From Candidatus Hydrogenedentota bacterium (GTDB lineage: Bacteria > Hydrogenedentota > Hydrogenedentia > Hydrogenedentales > SLHB01): DNA of 64,000 nt. Below are positions 1 through 9,337 of the stretch, piece after piece. Both the position numbers and the translations under genes were made by a program. The notes beneath the pieces are model-generated. The model ran no database searches, had not been told where the DNA came from, and saw only the letters and a list, made by a program, of their open reading frames with translations. Each line of letters begins with the position of its first letter. Position 1 is the stretch's first letter. Where the stretch lies: assembly GCA_016209895.1 (NCBI GenBank), contig JACQVH010000157.1, positions 4,206-68,205 on the forward strand, written 5' to 3'.

Positions 1-141
1 TAAGGCCGAGTCTGCGCAAAACGCCTTCGGCTTTTTGTTTCGTTTTCGGTTCAATACGCGCGTGAACGACGGCTGTTTTCATGTGGATGTTGTATCACGT
101 ATGCAACACACAGTCAAGCTTTGGCGGTCGCTCCCGTCGCC

Positions 142-969
142 TTAACGCGCGTTGACGTCTACGGTCTTGTCGTCTTTCACGTTGAGGAAGTCGCGTTGCG
201 CGTGGACTTCGAGGCCCTTGGCTTTGATGGCGGAGTCCGGCACTTTGACCAGGGGTGTATAGCGTGGATGGTGGCTTTCCCGGTAGGGGTTGTTGTGCTT
301 GGTGTTGTAGCAACAGATGAGCGCAAGTCGCGGCCGGTCCGAGCGGTTCTGGTCCGAACGGTGCAATAGGTTCGAGTGAAAAAACAGCGTATCGCCGGGG
401 GCCATCTCGCAGTAGACCAATTCAAGGAGCTTCATCGCCTGTTCGACCCGCTCCGGGTCGGCTCCGGTCTGGCTGCCGACACGGAGATGTTCCACGCGGC
501 CCATTTTGTGCGAACCTTTGAGCACCTGTAAGCACCCGTTCTCGCGGGCGGCACGGTCCACGGCGATCATGGCGCTGGCCATGTCGGGGAAGAGGCAGGC
601 GTTCTGATACCAGTAGCCGTAGTCCTGATGCCAGGTCCACGCCCCGCCGGTTCGCGGCTCTTTCAACATCACTTTGGAATGATAATGATACACCTCGTCG
701 TCCAGGAGTTGTTCCATCGAGTTCACCACGCGCTCGCACCGCGAGAACATGCCGTACAGGTCATCCGAAGGCTGATTCCACAGGGTCAGGCGCGACGTGC
801 CGCCTTCGCCATCTTGCAGCGAGATGGCGTGCCGGACCAGCGTCGGGTCTCGGTCGCAGGCCTGCTGGAGCAGGTCAATCTCCTCTTCGTCGAACAGTCT
901 TTCAACGATCAGATACCCGGTATCGTGGAATTCAGCGACTTGGCGCGAACTCAAACCCGGAAAACCCAT
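142..969 (-). CDS. Phytanoyl-CoA dioxygenase (PhyH) family Fe(II)/2-oxoglutarate dioxygenase (ectoine/proline hydroxylase-like)
   Basis: WHQD (HxD), ENGCL, GSH, distal His in FFHSNLLHRS and conserved Arg. Start moved to ATG 969 because of an AGGAG SD upstream. Confidence 0.9.
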   Translation of the reverse strand: MGFPGLSSRQVAEFHDTGYLIVERLFDEEEIDLLQQACDRDPTLVRHAISLQDGEGGTSRLTLWNQPSDDLYGMFSRCERVVNSMEQLLDDEVYHYHSKVMLKEPRTGGAWTWHQDYGYWYQNACLFPDMASAMIAVDRAARENGCLQVLKGSHKMGRVEHLRVGSQTGADPERVEQAMKLLELVYCEMAPGDTLFFHSNLLHRSDQNRSDRPRLALICCYNTKHNNPYRESHHPRYTPLVKVPDSAIKAKGLEVHAQRDFLNVKDDKTVDVNAR

Positions 970-1181
970 CGTTCCACTCCTCTCTGGCAATTCGACCAAG
1001 AATCCGTATCGCGGGGCGCTTATCTGCTGAACACGCGTTACTGGGTACGAACGTACCGCAGAGTAAACACTGGCACACCCAGGCCTGAATTCCCGATGCC
1101 AATTTGCACTCGGAAAAAGATCCCCTCCCTTGTAGACACTGACGCCAAGGCCGTGTAGAATTCAGGTGAGGAGATACCAAC

Positions 1182-1700
1182 ATGAGTGGCACCAAAACCG
1201 GTGGCGGCGAGCATGGCACGCATCGAGCCAAGGAATACACAGACCTGCTCGAGAAAGCGATGAGCCAGCCGGGAATACAAGTGGTCATGGCGGTCTACGA
1301 AAATTGGAAGCGATTCGACGCTGCCATACAGCCGCACCGTCAAGTCATGGCTGTGAGAAGGATCGTGTTCAAAGCGGACCCAGACCGGAGGGAGAAAGCA
1401 CGTGATGTTGCTAATTGGCTATCTTCTCATGGCCGCTTCAAGAGCCATAGCGGGCACATTCCCCGATCAGAATTGGAAAAGAAGGGATTGAAGATCGATT
1501 ATCTCGAGCGTGATCAGAACTTGCAGGATTGCCTGCTGTCAGTGTTTCACGCGACCACCCATACTTTTAACGGTACGTCTGAAGTCAAGATAATCGAGAA
1601 TCATTTGGGAAAGGCTTTTATCAAACAGTCTCAGGCGTTGCTCGTTCCTCTTTCCAATCCACAAGGTCTCCCGCAGCCACCCGCTCCGGAGCCAGGATAA
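1182..1700 (+). pseudogene. Probable chimeric remnant: small hypothetical N-terminus fused to the C-terminal part of an SDH/Clp-fold (S49-like) serine protease
   Basis: C-terminal half (FKADPD..EKARDVANWLSSHGRFKSHSGHI..ELEKKGLKI..LERDQNLQD..LSVFHATTHTF..VKIIENHLG) resembles the tail of SDH-family proteases. The catalytic N-terminal region is absent. SD GAGGAG is present. Confidence 0.55.
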
Positions 1701-1893
1701 TTGCCTTTGCAGGTTACCGTTATGGGGCGGGTACGTGCTTCTGAGAGTTTGTCTTGTATCTTGGCAGTTCTCCGGAAAGCTAATCGAGACCCAAGTACCG
1801 GCCTTTTTTTGACCCGCAACCCGTTCCACTACTAGTCTTAGGGTCAAAGCGGCGTTTAGGGGAATTGGGCCCGTCATCCAAGAGGGAGTCGTC

Positions 1894-2412
1894 ATGACGA
1901 AGCATCGTACGGATTATATCTCGTGGGCGGATTATTTCATGGGAATTGCGATTTTGTCGGCGCATCGCAGCAAGGACCCGAGTTCGCAGGTGGGCGCGTG
2001 CATCGTGAATGCTCAAAACCGGATTGTGGGGATCGGCTATAACGGCTTTCCGACCGGGTGCAGCGATGAGGAGTTGCCTTGGAACCGCGAGGCCCAAAGC
2101 TCCTATGACACCAAATATCCGTACGTTTGCCACGCCGAACTTAACGCCATCTTGAACACGAACACCGCGAACCTGAAGGGCTGCCGCATGTACGTCACGC
2201 TTTTCCCTTGCTGCGAGTGCACGAAGCTTATCATCCAGGGCGGCATCTCCAAGATCATCTACTTGAGTGATAAGTACCACGACACGGATAGTGTCAGGGC
2301 CGCGCGGCGCATGCTGGATATGGCGGGAATGGAATATGAGGCGTTCGACCCCGGAATGGACCGGATCGTGATTGACTTTGCGAAGGAAGCCGAGGCTGCG
2401 ACCAAGGTTTAG
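1894..2412 (+). CDS. dCMP deaminase (ComEB-like zinc deaminase)
   Basis: RSKDP..QVGACIV, GYNG, HAE and PCxxC zinc motifs; SD GAGGGAG. Confidence 0.93.
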   Translation: MTKHRTDYISWADYFMGIAILSAHRSKDPSSQVGACIVNAQNRIVGIGYNGFPTGCSDEELPWNREAQSSYDTKYPYVCHAELNAILNTNTANLKGCRMYVTLFPCCECTKLIIQGGISKIIYLSDKYHDTDSVRAARRMLDMAGMEYEAFDPGMDRIVIDFAKEAEAATKV

Positions 2413-2516
2413 TGTCGGAGTATTGGACATCCCCCGGCCCTATGGGGCACCCCCTTCGAAGGAGGACTGAATAGCAGGCCCCCCGTATACTTTGATGCGG
2501 GGACAAGCATGAACTT

Positions 2517-2608
2517 CGATTACGATTGGCGATTACGATCCTCGATTACGATTCCCGATTACGAGCACGCGCACGAATCTCGATTATGAAGCTCGATTAC
2601 GATTATGA
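2517..2608 (+). repeat. Degenerate tandem array of CGATTA(C/T)GA, mostly 13-bp period
   Basis: CGATTACGA at 2517, 2530, 2543, 2556 and 2594; CGATTATGA at 2581 and 2600. Confidence 0.85.
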
Positions 2609-2691
2609 GCTGAAAGGCGGAAGAAGTTTCGCTGCATCGCACATCATGGCAGAGTCAAGAGGAATCGCGGGAACGGTGAAAGCCTTAGGTC

Positions 2692-3840
2692 ATGCCGCAA
2701 CGGAGCTATGATGTGATTGTGTTGGGGTTGGGGGGTATGGGTAGTGCTGCGCTGTATCATCTAGCGAAGCGGGGCGCGCGGATATGCGGGGTTGAACGGC
2801 TCGGGGTGGCGCATGATCGCGGGAGTTCGCACGGTTCGCTGCGCATGATCCGCAAGGCGTACTTCGAGCATCCGGACTACATTCCGTTGGTCGAGCGGGC
2901 ATACGAACTGTGGCGGGCACTCGAAGTCGAGAGCGGGAAGTCGTTACTGACCGAATGCGGACTGCTGTTGTCGGGCAGGCCGGACTTCACGCTAATTCGC
3001 GGACTCGAGGAGTGTTATGGCCAGCATGACCTGCCGCATGAACGCCTCACGGCCGGCGAGGCCATGCGGCGGTATCCACAATTCCGGTTGCCGGAAGACC
3101 ATGCCGCTTTCTGGGACCCGGTGGGTGGATATCTGCGCGTCGAGGAGTGTGTCGCGACGCACCTCGCATTGGCGCAACTGCACGGCGCTGACGTGCTGGC
3201 TCACGAGGACGTACTATCGTGGAGTTCAGCAGACGATCTCGTCACGGTAACGACGGACCAGCGCACGCTGCAAGCGAAGTGCCTCGTGCTGACCGCGGGT
3301 GCGTGGATGGGCGCCGTTTTCGCAGAGTTACGGGCGCCGTTCCGGGTGTTGCGCAAGGTTCAATTGTGGTACGATTCGCCGAACCGCGCGAGGTACGAGG
3401 CGGGAGCATTTCCGGGGTTTTACGTGGATACAGACTATGGGGGCTTCTATGGCTTTCCAGCAGTGGACGAGACCGGTATGAAGATTGCCGAGCATACCGG
3501 TGGGGAGGAGGTCTCAAATCCTGACGAGTTGGATCGTGGCTTGCACTCCCAGGACGAGGCGAAGATTCTAAAGTTTCTCGGCGAGACATTCCTGGGAATG
3601 CAACCGCGAAGGACGAAATTCAGCGCGTGCATGTACTCGATGAGCGCGGACGGGAATTTCATAGTTGATCGCCACGCCCGTTTTGCGAACGTGGTCTTGG
3701 CGGGCGGATTTTCCGGCCACGGGTTTAAGTTTGCATCGGTCATCGGCGAAATTCTTACGGACTTGGCCCTGGAAGGCAGGACCCGACATCCCGTCGAGTT
3801 TCTAGGCTTGAGTCGTTTCGCGAATCATGCGGCGCGGTGA
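2692..3840 (+). CDS. solA: N-methyl-L-tryptophan oxidase / monomeric sarcosine oxidase family flavoprotein
   Basis: GLGGMGS Rossmann motif, HDRGSSHG, ACMYS (Cys for covalent FAD), GFSGHGFKF. Confidence 0.9.
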   Translation: MPQRSYDVIVLGLGGMGSAALYHLAKRGARICGVERLGVAHDRGSSHGSLRMIRKAYFEHPDYIPLVERAYELWRALEVESGKSLLTECGLLLSGRPDFTLIRGLEECYGQHDLPHERLTAGEAMRRYPQFRLPEDHAAFWDPVGGYLRVEECVATHLALAQLHGADVLAHEDVLSWSSADDLVTVTTDQRTLQAKCLVLTAGAWMGAVFAELRAPFRVLRKVQLWYDSPNRARYEAGAFPGFYVDTDYGGFYGFPAVDETGMKIAEHTGGEEVSNPDELDRGLHSQDEAKILKFLGETFLGMQPRRTKFSACMYSMSADGNFIVDRHARFANVVLAGGFSGHGFKFASVIGEILTDLALEGRTRHPVEFLGLSRFANHAAR

Positions 3841-5014
3841 TTCTGACAAGCGCCACGTTGCAAACTCGGAGAGTCAGAAATTCTCTCGTCGAGGGTTTCT
3901 GAAATCTTCCGGACGGGCCGTGGTGGGAGTGATCGGAACCAACATAGGGTGGAGATCCTCGTCGTCATCCAGTCGGAGTACGGAAGTGTTGTCGGACGAA
4001 GAGAGCATGAGCATGCTTGAGAAGATCAGAACGCCGTTCAAATGGCAAAGACTAGTTCTGGAACCTTCCTATACCCCAAGCGCGTTCGACAGTCTCGCGG
4101 TAGACGCGCCGTTTGTCTTCAGCCATGACGGCCGGTACTACATGACCTTCATCGGATACGACGGTATTGGCTATCGGACGGGACTGGCCGTGTCCGACGA
4201 CCTCTTGGAGTGGACGAAGGAGCGAGTGATCGTGGACCGTGGGCCGAAAGGAAGCTTCAACGAGTTCAATGGGGCGCTGACGTGGATTCTACGCGAAAAC
4301 GAACTGTTCGGTTCGGGACAAATCAGGAAGGTGCGAGGCCGGTTCCTGGGTACATACCACGCCTATCCACGTGCCGGTTACGAAGAAGGCCCGGCCGTCA
4401 TTGGCCTATGCCGGAGTGGGAATCTTCGCTCCTGGGAACTTGAGGAACCGGCGTTATGTGCGTCCGACTCGAACGCGAGCGAATGGGAACGGGGTGGACT
4501 TTACAAATCATGCATATTGCAGCACCGGGGTCGGTATTACCTCTTTTACAATGCGAAGGACACCCCCGAGAACTGGGTCGAACAGATCGGCGTCGCCACA
4601 TCCAGCGATTTGCAGCACTGGACGCGGTACGCCGGCAATCCGATAATTTCGGTAGGATCGCCCGGTCGCTTCGATGACCGCTTTTGCAGCGACCCGTATG
4701 TCGTACGCCACGGGGAAGTCTGGCTTATGTTCTTCTACACTTTGTCGAGCGATGGGAAGGCACGCGACACGGTGGCTTTCTCCCGTGACTTGCTGCACTG
4801 GGAGAAATCCAACGAGATTCTAATCGAGCCTGGACCTCCGGGAAGCATTGACGCCCGCTACGCGCACAAACCTTCGGTATTCGTCAAAGGCGGGACGTTT
4901 TACCACTTTTATTGCGCGGTGTCGCCAGACGAAAGAAAGATCGGTGACCTGGACCTTAGTGAGTGCCGCGGCATCGCAGTGGCAGCGTCGAGACCAGTGG
5001 GACCTTCTACGTAG
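3827..5014 (+). CDS. Five-bladed beta-propeller glycoside hydrolase (GH32/GH43/GH130-like), possible Tat substrate
   Basis: Repeated blade motifs (YYMTF..GLAVSDDLLEW; YYLFYNA..IGVATSSDLQHW..GNPI; SDPYVV); SRRGFLK near the N-terminus. Start is uncertain. Confidence 0.75.
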   Translation: MRRGDSDKRHVANSESQKFSRRGFLKSSGRAVVGVIGTNIGWRSSSSSSRSTEVLSDEESMSMLEKIRTPFKWQRLVLEPSYTPSAFDSLAVDAPFVFSHDGRYYMTFIGYDGIGYRTGLAVSDDLLEWTKERVIVDRGPKGSFNEFNGALTWILRENELFGSGQIRKVRGRFLGTYHAYPRAGYEEGPAVIGLCRSGNLRSWELEEPALCASDSNASEWERGGLYKSCILQHRGRYYLFYNAKDTPENWVEQIGVATSSDLQHWTRYAGNPIISVGSPGRFDDRFCSDPYVVRHGEVWLMFFYTLSSDGKARDTVAFSRDLLHWEKSNEILIEPGPPGSIDARYAHKPSVFVKGGTFYHFYCAVSPDERKIGDLDLSECRGIAVAASRPVGPST

Positions 5015-5044
5015 CTTCCGTTCAGAACGAGGAATCTTCGGAAT

Positions 5045-6313
5045 ATGCAGCTAAATTCGGACATCAGAACCCGGCTCCAGCTCATTTGCGAACGGGCGGA
5101 ATCGAATCTCTCTGACAACCTCATGCCGTTTTGGGCAAACCACACTTGGGACACGGAGTACGGCGGCTTCCTGACACGGCTGGACCAGAGAGGCCGAAGG
5201 CTGGAAACAGACGAAAAGATACTGATTATGCAGGTTCGCATGATCGCGAGTCTTTCGCTGGCGCATCGTTTTGGTCTCAACGATAGAGGTTACCTGGAAC
5301 TGGCTGGAAAGGGATTCGATTTCCTCGTCAGAAACATGTGGGACCCACAAGAGGGCGGGTTCTATTTCTCAGTAACCCGAGATGGGAAGGCGAAAAGCCA
5401 GCGGAAAAACACCGATTTTCATGCTTACGCAATACTCGGATTGACGGAATATTATCGCGCTTCCGGTCGGAAAGAGCCGTTGGAATGGGCCGAGCGCGTT
5501 TTCGATTTACTTCTGACGAAGGCCGCTGACAGAGACCGGGGTTTTATCGAGGACTTCGACGACGCTACGTGGCCGGTATTGAACGACGACCAAATGAATC
5601 TCGGCGGTCGGCAGGGAATCAAAACGATTGACATGCATACCAACGTAATGGAAGCGTTCATGTATTTATCCCGCGTCACACATTCGCCTCGGCACTTGGA
5701 GGCGCTAAGAAATGTGGTAACTCTTGTCAAGGAGAAGGGCATTCATACGGAACATGGATGCAGTATCACAGCGCTTGATTATGACTGGAACCCGATCCCT
5801 GATGGCAGGGGAAAAACGACAACCTCGTATGGCCTGAACGCGGAAATAGCGTGGCTGATGCTGGAAGCCGTGGACGTACTGCAGGAGCGGCGCGAGAGAT
5901 ACCGCAGAACCATTTTGGTGTTGGTTGACCATGCGCTCGAGTTTGGATTCGATCACGAGCGTGGGGGACTTGCGGCGTACGGTCCCATGGCCGGTCGCGT
6001 GACCGAGGCCACAGACTTGAACGAGAACCGTCTGCTCAAAACCTGGTGGGCCCAGGCGGAAATGCTGAATGCTCTAGTTGATGTGTATCAATGGACCGAG
6101 CATCCGAGATATCTGGAGGCATTCATCAAGCTCTTTGATTGGATTTGGACCTTTCAGATCGACCACGAGTACGGGGACTGGTATCAAGAAACGTTTTGGG
6201 ACAGCGGCCAAGCCGTCACAACGCACAAGGGCGGGGAATGGAAGACCGCATTCCATGCCAGCCGGGCGCTGGTGCGCGTTGCGACCACGTTGAGGAAGAT
6301 GTTGGCTGAGTGA
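5045..6313 (+). CDS. AGE-family epimerase/isomerase (cellobiose 2-epimerase / GlcNAc 2-epimerase-like)
   Basis: PFW..DTEYGGF, K..MQVRMI, KTIDMHTNVMEA, KTWWAQAE, WKTAFH motifs of the (alpha/alpha)6 AGE fold. Confidence 0.88.
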   Translation: MQLNSDIRTRLQLICERAESNLSDNLMPFWANHTWDTEYGGFLTRLDQRGRRLETDEKILIMQVRMIASLSLAHRFGLNDRGYLELAGKGFDFLVRNMWDPQEGGFYFSVTRDGKAKSQRKNTDFHAYAILGLTEYYRASGRKEPLEWAERVFDLLLTKAADRDRGFIEDFDDATWPVLNDDQMNLGGRQGIKTIDMHTNVMEAFMYLSRVTHSPRHLEALRNVVTLVKEKGIHTEHGCSITALDYDWNPIPDGRGKTTTSYGLNAEIAWLMLEAVDVLQERRERYRRTILVLVDHALEFGFDHERGGLAAYGPMAGRVTEATDLNENRLLKTWWAQAEMLNALVDVYQWTEHPRYLEAFIKLFDWIWTFQIDHEYGDWYQETFWDSGQAVTTHKGGEWKTAFHASRALVRVATTLRKMLAE

Positions 6314-6393
6314 CTGCAAACGCCTGACGGCGTCACTACGAACCTGGCGATCACCGAGGACGCAGTTTGTAGTGTGCCCGTCAGGGCATAACC

Positions 6394-9012
6394 TCACGGT
6401 CTTGCCGTCCAGGGCATTTTTTCTTTTCGCATCAGCCATATTTCCTGTAGACCGGTAATGGCCAGCCGGTCGGATTTAGGAACCATTGAAATTTGAACGT
6501 GTCCATCTTTTGTGATGGCCCGTGGGAGATCGAATTCGTAAAGGGCGATGTCGCCCATAGGAATTGGGAATCCGTCGCTAATCACCTGGCCATCCGCCTC
6601 GAGGCCTTCCGCCAGCTTAATCCCCTGCAGCATGGACATCTCCTCGTCCAGATGGCCGCCGACCGACACGCGCACGACATATTGCGCTTTCGGGCTCAAA
6701 CCGTCGTAAACGAAGGACACGCCGCGTCCGGGTGTTCCGAACGTGTAGGCCAGGTTGTAGTGCGATAGTTTGGCGGGACCCGGGAAGGGCATGAAGCCCC
6801 AAAGTGTGTCGCCGAAAACGAGATGCTCGGACTTTTCAGGCCAACCGAGATCATCGTAGTAACCGCCGGGTCCTGGTTCCGCGTAGTGGAGCACCATCTT
6901 CGCGGCGTTGCGCATCTTCCGTTCACTCTCTGTCGCTAGGGCATCCTGAAGGGCCTTCTTCCACCAGCCGACCTCAGTCAAGTCCAGCTTTTCGATGAGG
7001 AAGCACGCGGGTTCACGATATCCGATGATATTGTTGGATTCCTCGCCCACAGCCTTTGCTTCATCCATGACGGCCTTCATTTGAGCGGTTTCCAGTGGCT
7101 GCGCCAACAGTTCGAGCGCTTCAGTCAAATCCGCGGCAGGGTTCTTGGATTTCGCGATGCGACGGAGTATTTGGGCGGCCGCATCCTTCAACTCGCGACC
7201 TCGCTGTAGCTCCAATTGGAGGTAACGATCGGTGAGCGCCTTTTGAAGAATGACGCGCCAGCGATAGTCATGCTTGAGCAAATTTTCGGGAATCCGCCGC
7301 CCTGCGGACCGGAGTAACTCGACTGCCTTAGCGATTCCCGGATTGTCAATCACCGGTCGGTCGAGCGTCTCTTCCATCAGGAAGATCGCTTGGCTTATCT
7401 CCTCCTGCGCCTGTGGGCCAAACCAGTATCGGCAATACTCCTTGGTGACATACTCCGCATCTTGGTTCGGGTCCCAGAGCGACCGGTACCAGAACCACTT
7501 GTTGAAGTCGTCGTGCATACCCTCACTGTAATGCATGTCGCCAACCGCGTAGTGAAGGATTTCTTGGGCTACCGCGTGAAAGTTGTTGGGGCGAGCATTC
7601 CATGACCGCCGATCATAGACGGCAGCCAAGGCCACATCCGGGTGTGGGACCGCGAATTGGGCCTGCATCCAATGGGTGACGTCGGTGTACAGGGCGATGG
7701 TTGTGGCTCGCGGAAGTTCATGGTGCATGAACTTGAGGTAGTTGCCGAGCGGCCCGAATCCCTCGTATTCAAACCAGCGCGGATTAACCGGACCGCGAAT
7801 ATACTCTTGCATTTCGTCGGCACCCGGCCCGTACCGTATCGCGTAAAGCCAACTCGAATCCGTACTGTTCAGATAGTCAAAAATGGCTTGGTTGCCTTCG
7901 TTGGTCAGGTCCTGATTGGTGGCCAGAACTTTCGTATTTGGATGATACTTGTGAAGAATATCGGCAATATCGTGGACGAGGCGGATATACTTGTCTCCCC
8001 AAGGCATGCATCTGTCGCAGCGGCACCCGCCTTCGTCGCCGGAGTTCGTTGTGAAGAAGTCGTAGTCGGGCATCTCGCGGAACATCTTGTCAAAAGAATC
8101 GAGCAGCGCCTGCCTCGCTTCGGGAATCGAGGGGCAGACGTATTTGGGCGAGCGTCCACCGTCCGCGCTCCATTCCTTGGGAAACCCGGCCGGCATCTCA
8201 TTGGCCGTCCGCCCGAACACCGTCATCATGCCATACGAATGCACATAGTCAGGCTCCCCTTCGAAGATATTCGTACCCAGCAGCATCAAATCTTCCATAA
8301 CTTCTTGAAGCTCTTCCGCCGTCTGTGGACGCAAGTTCCCATATTGCCGGGCGCGGCTCCCGGGACCGGTCGGTCTTCCGCCGCGCAGCGGAAACGCGGG
8401 CTTCTCGCTGTGGTTGCCGATGTAGCCGGGAAACCACAGGGCATCCGGCCAGAACGTAATGGCTCGGAGCAACCAGCCGACGCCGTAAATCGTGCCGCGT
8501 TCATCCGCCCCCGCGACAACGATCACATTTTTGCCGTCAAAAACCCTAAGTTTGGCGGGAACATCCTCGAAGCCCGGTTGCACTGCACGGGGCGAAACGT
8601 AGCGGGACTTTACCGCGAAACCTTCCGGATGGATTTGGTCAGAGTTTGGAAGGACAGGCAAGCGCATATCCAGCCAGGCCATCAGTTCTGACAAGTATCG
8701 GTGATGGCCGCGCGAGCCAACCACGAGCACCAACTCTGCTTTCTTCAGGACCTTTTGAAGATTCGGGACATCCTCTCGGACAATCTCGACCGTGACGCCG
8801 CTCCGCTTCAGGATACGCGCTTGGAGAATCTCGGCCGCCTTCACTTCCGGAATGGTGCTTTGTTCTCCGGTCACGATTGCCAATGCCTTGAAGGAAGGGG
8901 CCACCTCGCTGGTACGCACTTGGCCAAATACCGAGGCACCTGAGACCCAGAGACTGCCAATTAGCACCGCGAAGATAACCAAGAAAAGGGTACTCACGAA
9001 TCGCTTGTTCAT
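6394..9012 (-). CDS. Large secreted glycoside-hydrolase-like protein (GH20/GH67-type N-domain, barrel, C-terminal malectin/CBM-like domain)
   Basis: Signal peptide from ATG 9012; EGFAV..IVVAGADERGTIYGVGWLLR..PAFPLRG motif; GDEGGCRCDRC. Confidence 0.6.
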   Translation of the reverse strand: MNKRFVSTLFLVIFAVLIGSLWVSGASVFGQVRTSEVAPSFKALAIVTGEQSTIPEVKAAEILQARILKRSGVTVEIVREDVPNLQKVLKKAELVLVVGSRGHHRYLSELMAWLDMRLPVLPNSDQIHPEGFAVKSRYVSPRAVQPGFEDVPAKLRVFDGKNVIVVAGADERGTIYGVGWLLRAITFWPDALWFPGYIGNHSEKPAFPLRGGRPTGPGSRARQYGNLRPQTAEELQEVMEDLMLLGTNIFEGEPDYVHSYGMMTVFGRTANEMPAGFPKEWSADGGRSPKYVCPSIPEARQALLDSFDKMFREMPDYDFFTTNSGDEGGCRCDRCMPWGDKYIRLVHDIADILHKYHPNTKVLATNQDLTNEGNQAIFDYLNSTDSSWLYAIRYGPGADEMQEYIRGPVNPRWFEYEGFGPLGNYLKFMHHELPRATTIALYTDVTHWMQAQFAVPHPDVALAAVYDRRSWNARPNNFHAVAQEILHYAVGDMHYSEGMHDDFNKWFWYRSLWDPNQDAEYVTKEYCRYWFGPQAQEEISQAIFLMEETLDRPVIDNPGIAKAVELLRSAGRRIPENLLKHDYRWRVILQKALTDRYLQLELQRGRELKDAAAQILRRIAKSKNPAADLTEALELLAQPLETAQMKAVMDEAKAVGEESNNIIGYREPACFLIEKLDLTEVGWWKKALQDALATESERKMRNAAKMVLHYAEPGPGGYYDDLGWPEKSEHLVFGDTLWGFMPFPGPAKLSHYNLAYTFGTPGRGVSFVYDGLSPKAQYVVRVSVGGHLDEEMSMLQGIKLAEGLEADGQVISDGFPIPMGDIALYEFDLPRAITKDGHVQISMVPKSDRLAITGLQEIWLMRKEKMPWTARP

Positions 9013-9337
9013 CGTTGATTCTCCCCACATAATCCGACCTTAGCCTTCCTATTCAGGAGCAGTCTAACAGGTTGTCTATACACCGCCAAATGCCGTCGTC
9101 CGTTCGAGAAGCGTTCAGATGTGAAGCTCACATTTCGAATGGAAGTCATACGCCCGTTGCAAATGGGCGCTACATCGGGCACTACATCTGGGCGCTACAA
9201 TTTCCTGACGGTTTTCCGTGCCGTGGAAGCCCGCTGATTCGCGGGCGGAACAGGAATATTGCATCGGGCGGCGGCGTAATTCTTTGATGAAGGAACCGGT
9301 GCGCTGCCGCGCATAGGCGAATCGGAGAATTAAAACT

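Noticed and set aside
1790-1812. Terminator at the T7 run
   Set aside because: No convincing GC stem directly before the T tract.
1894-2412. dCMP deaminase as an anti-phage dCTP-depleting system
   Set aside because: Single-domain housekeeping-type protein without the N-terminal kinase domain and with no defence neighbours.
2526-2711. 61-aa ORF with DYD-like repeats
   Set aside because: Translation of the CGATTACGA array; no SD or other coding support.
7642-8691. 349-aa ORF, and similar long ORFs at 24138-25124, 33610-34584, 44410-45576 and 50196-51083
   Set aside because: All lie antisense to well-supported genes and lack recognisable domains.
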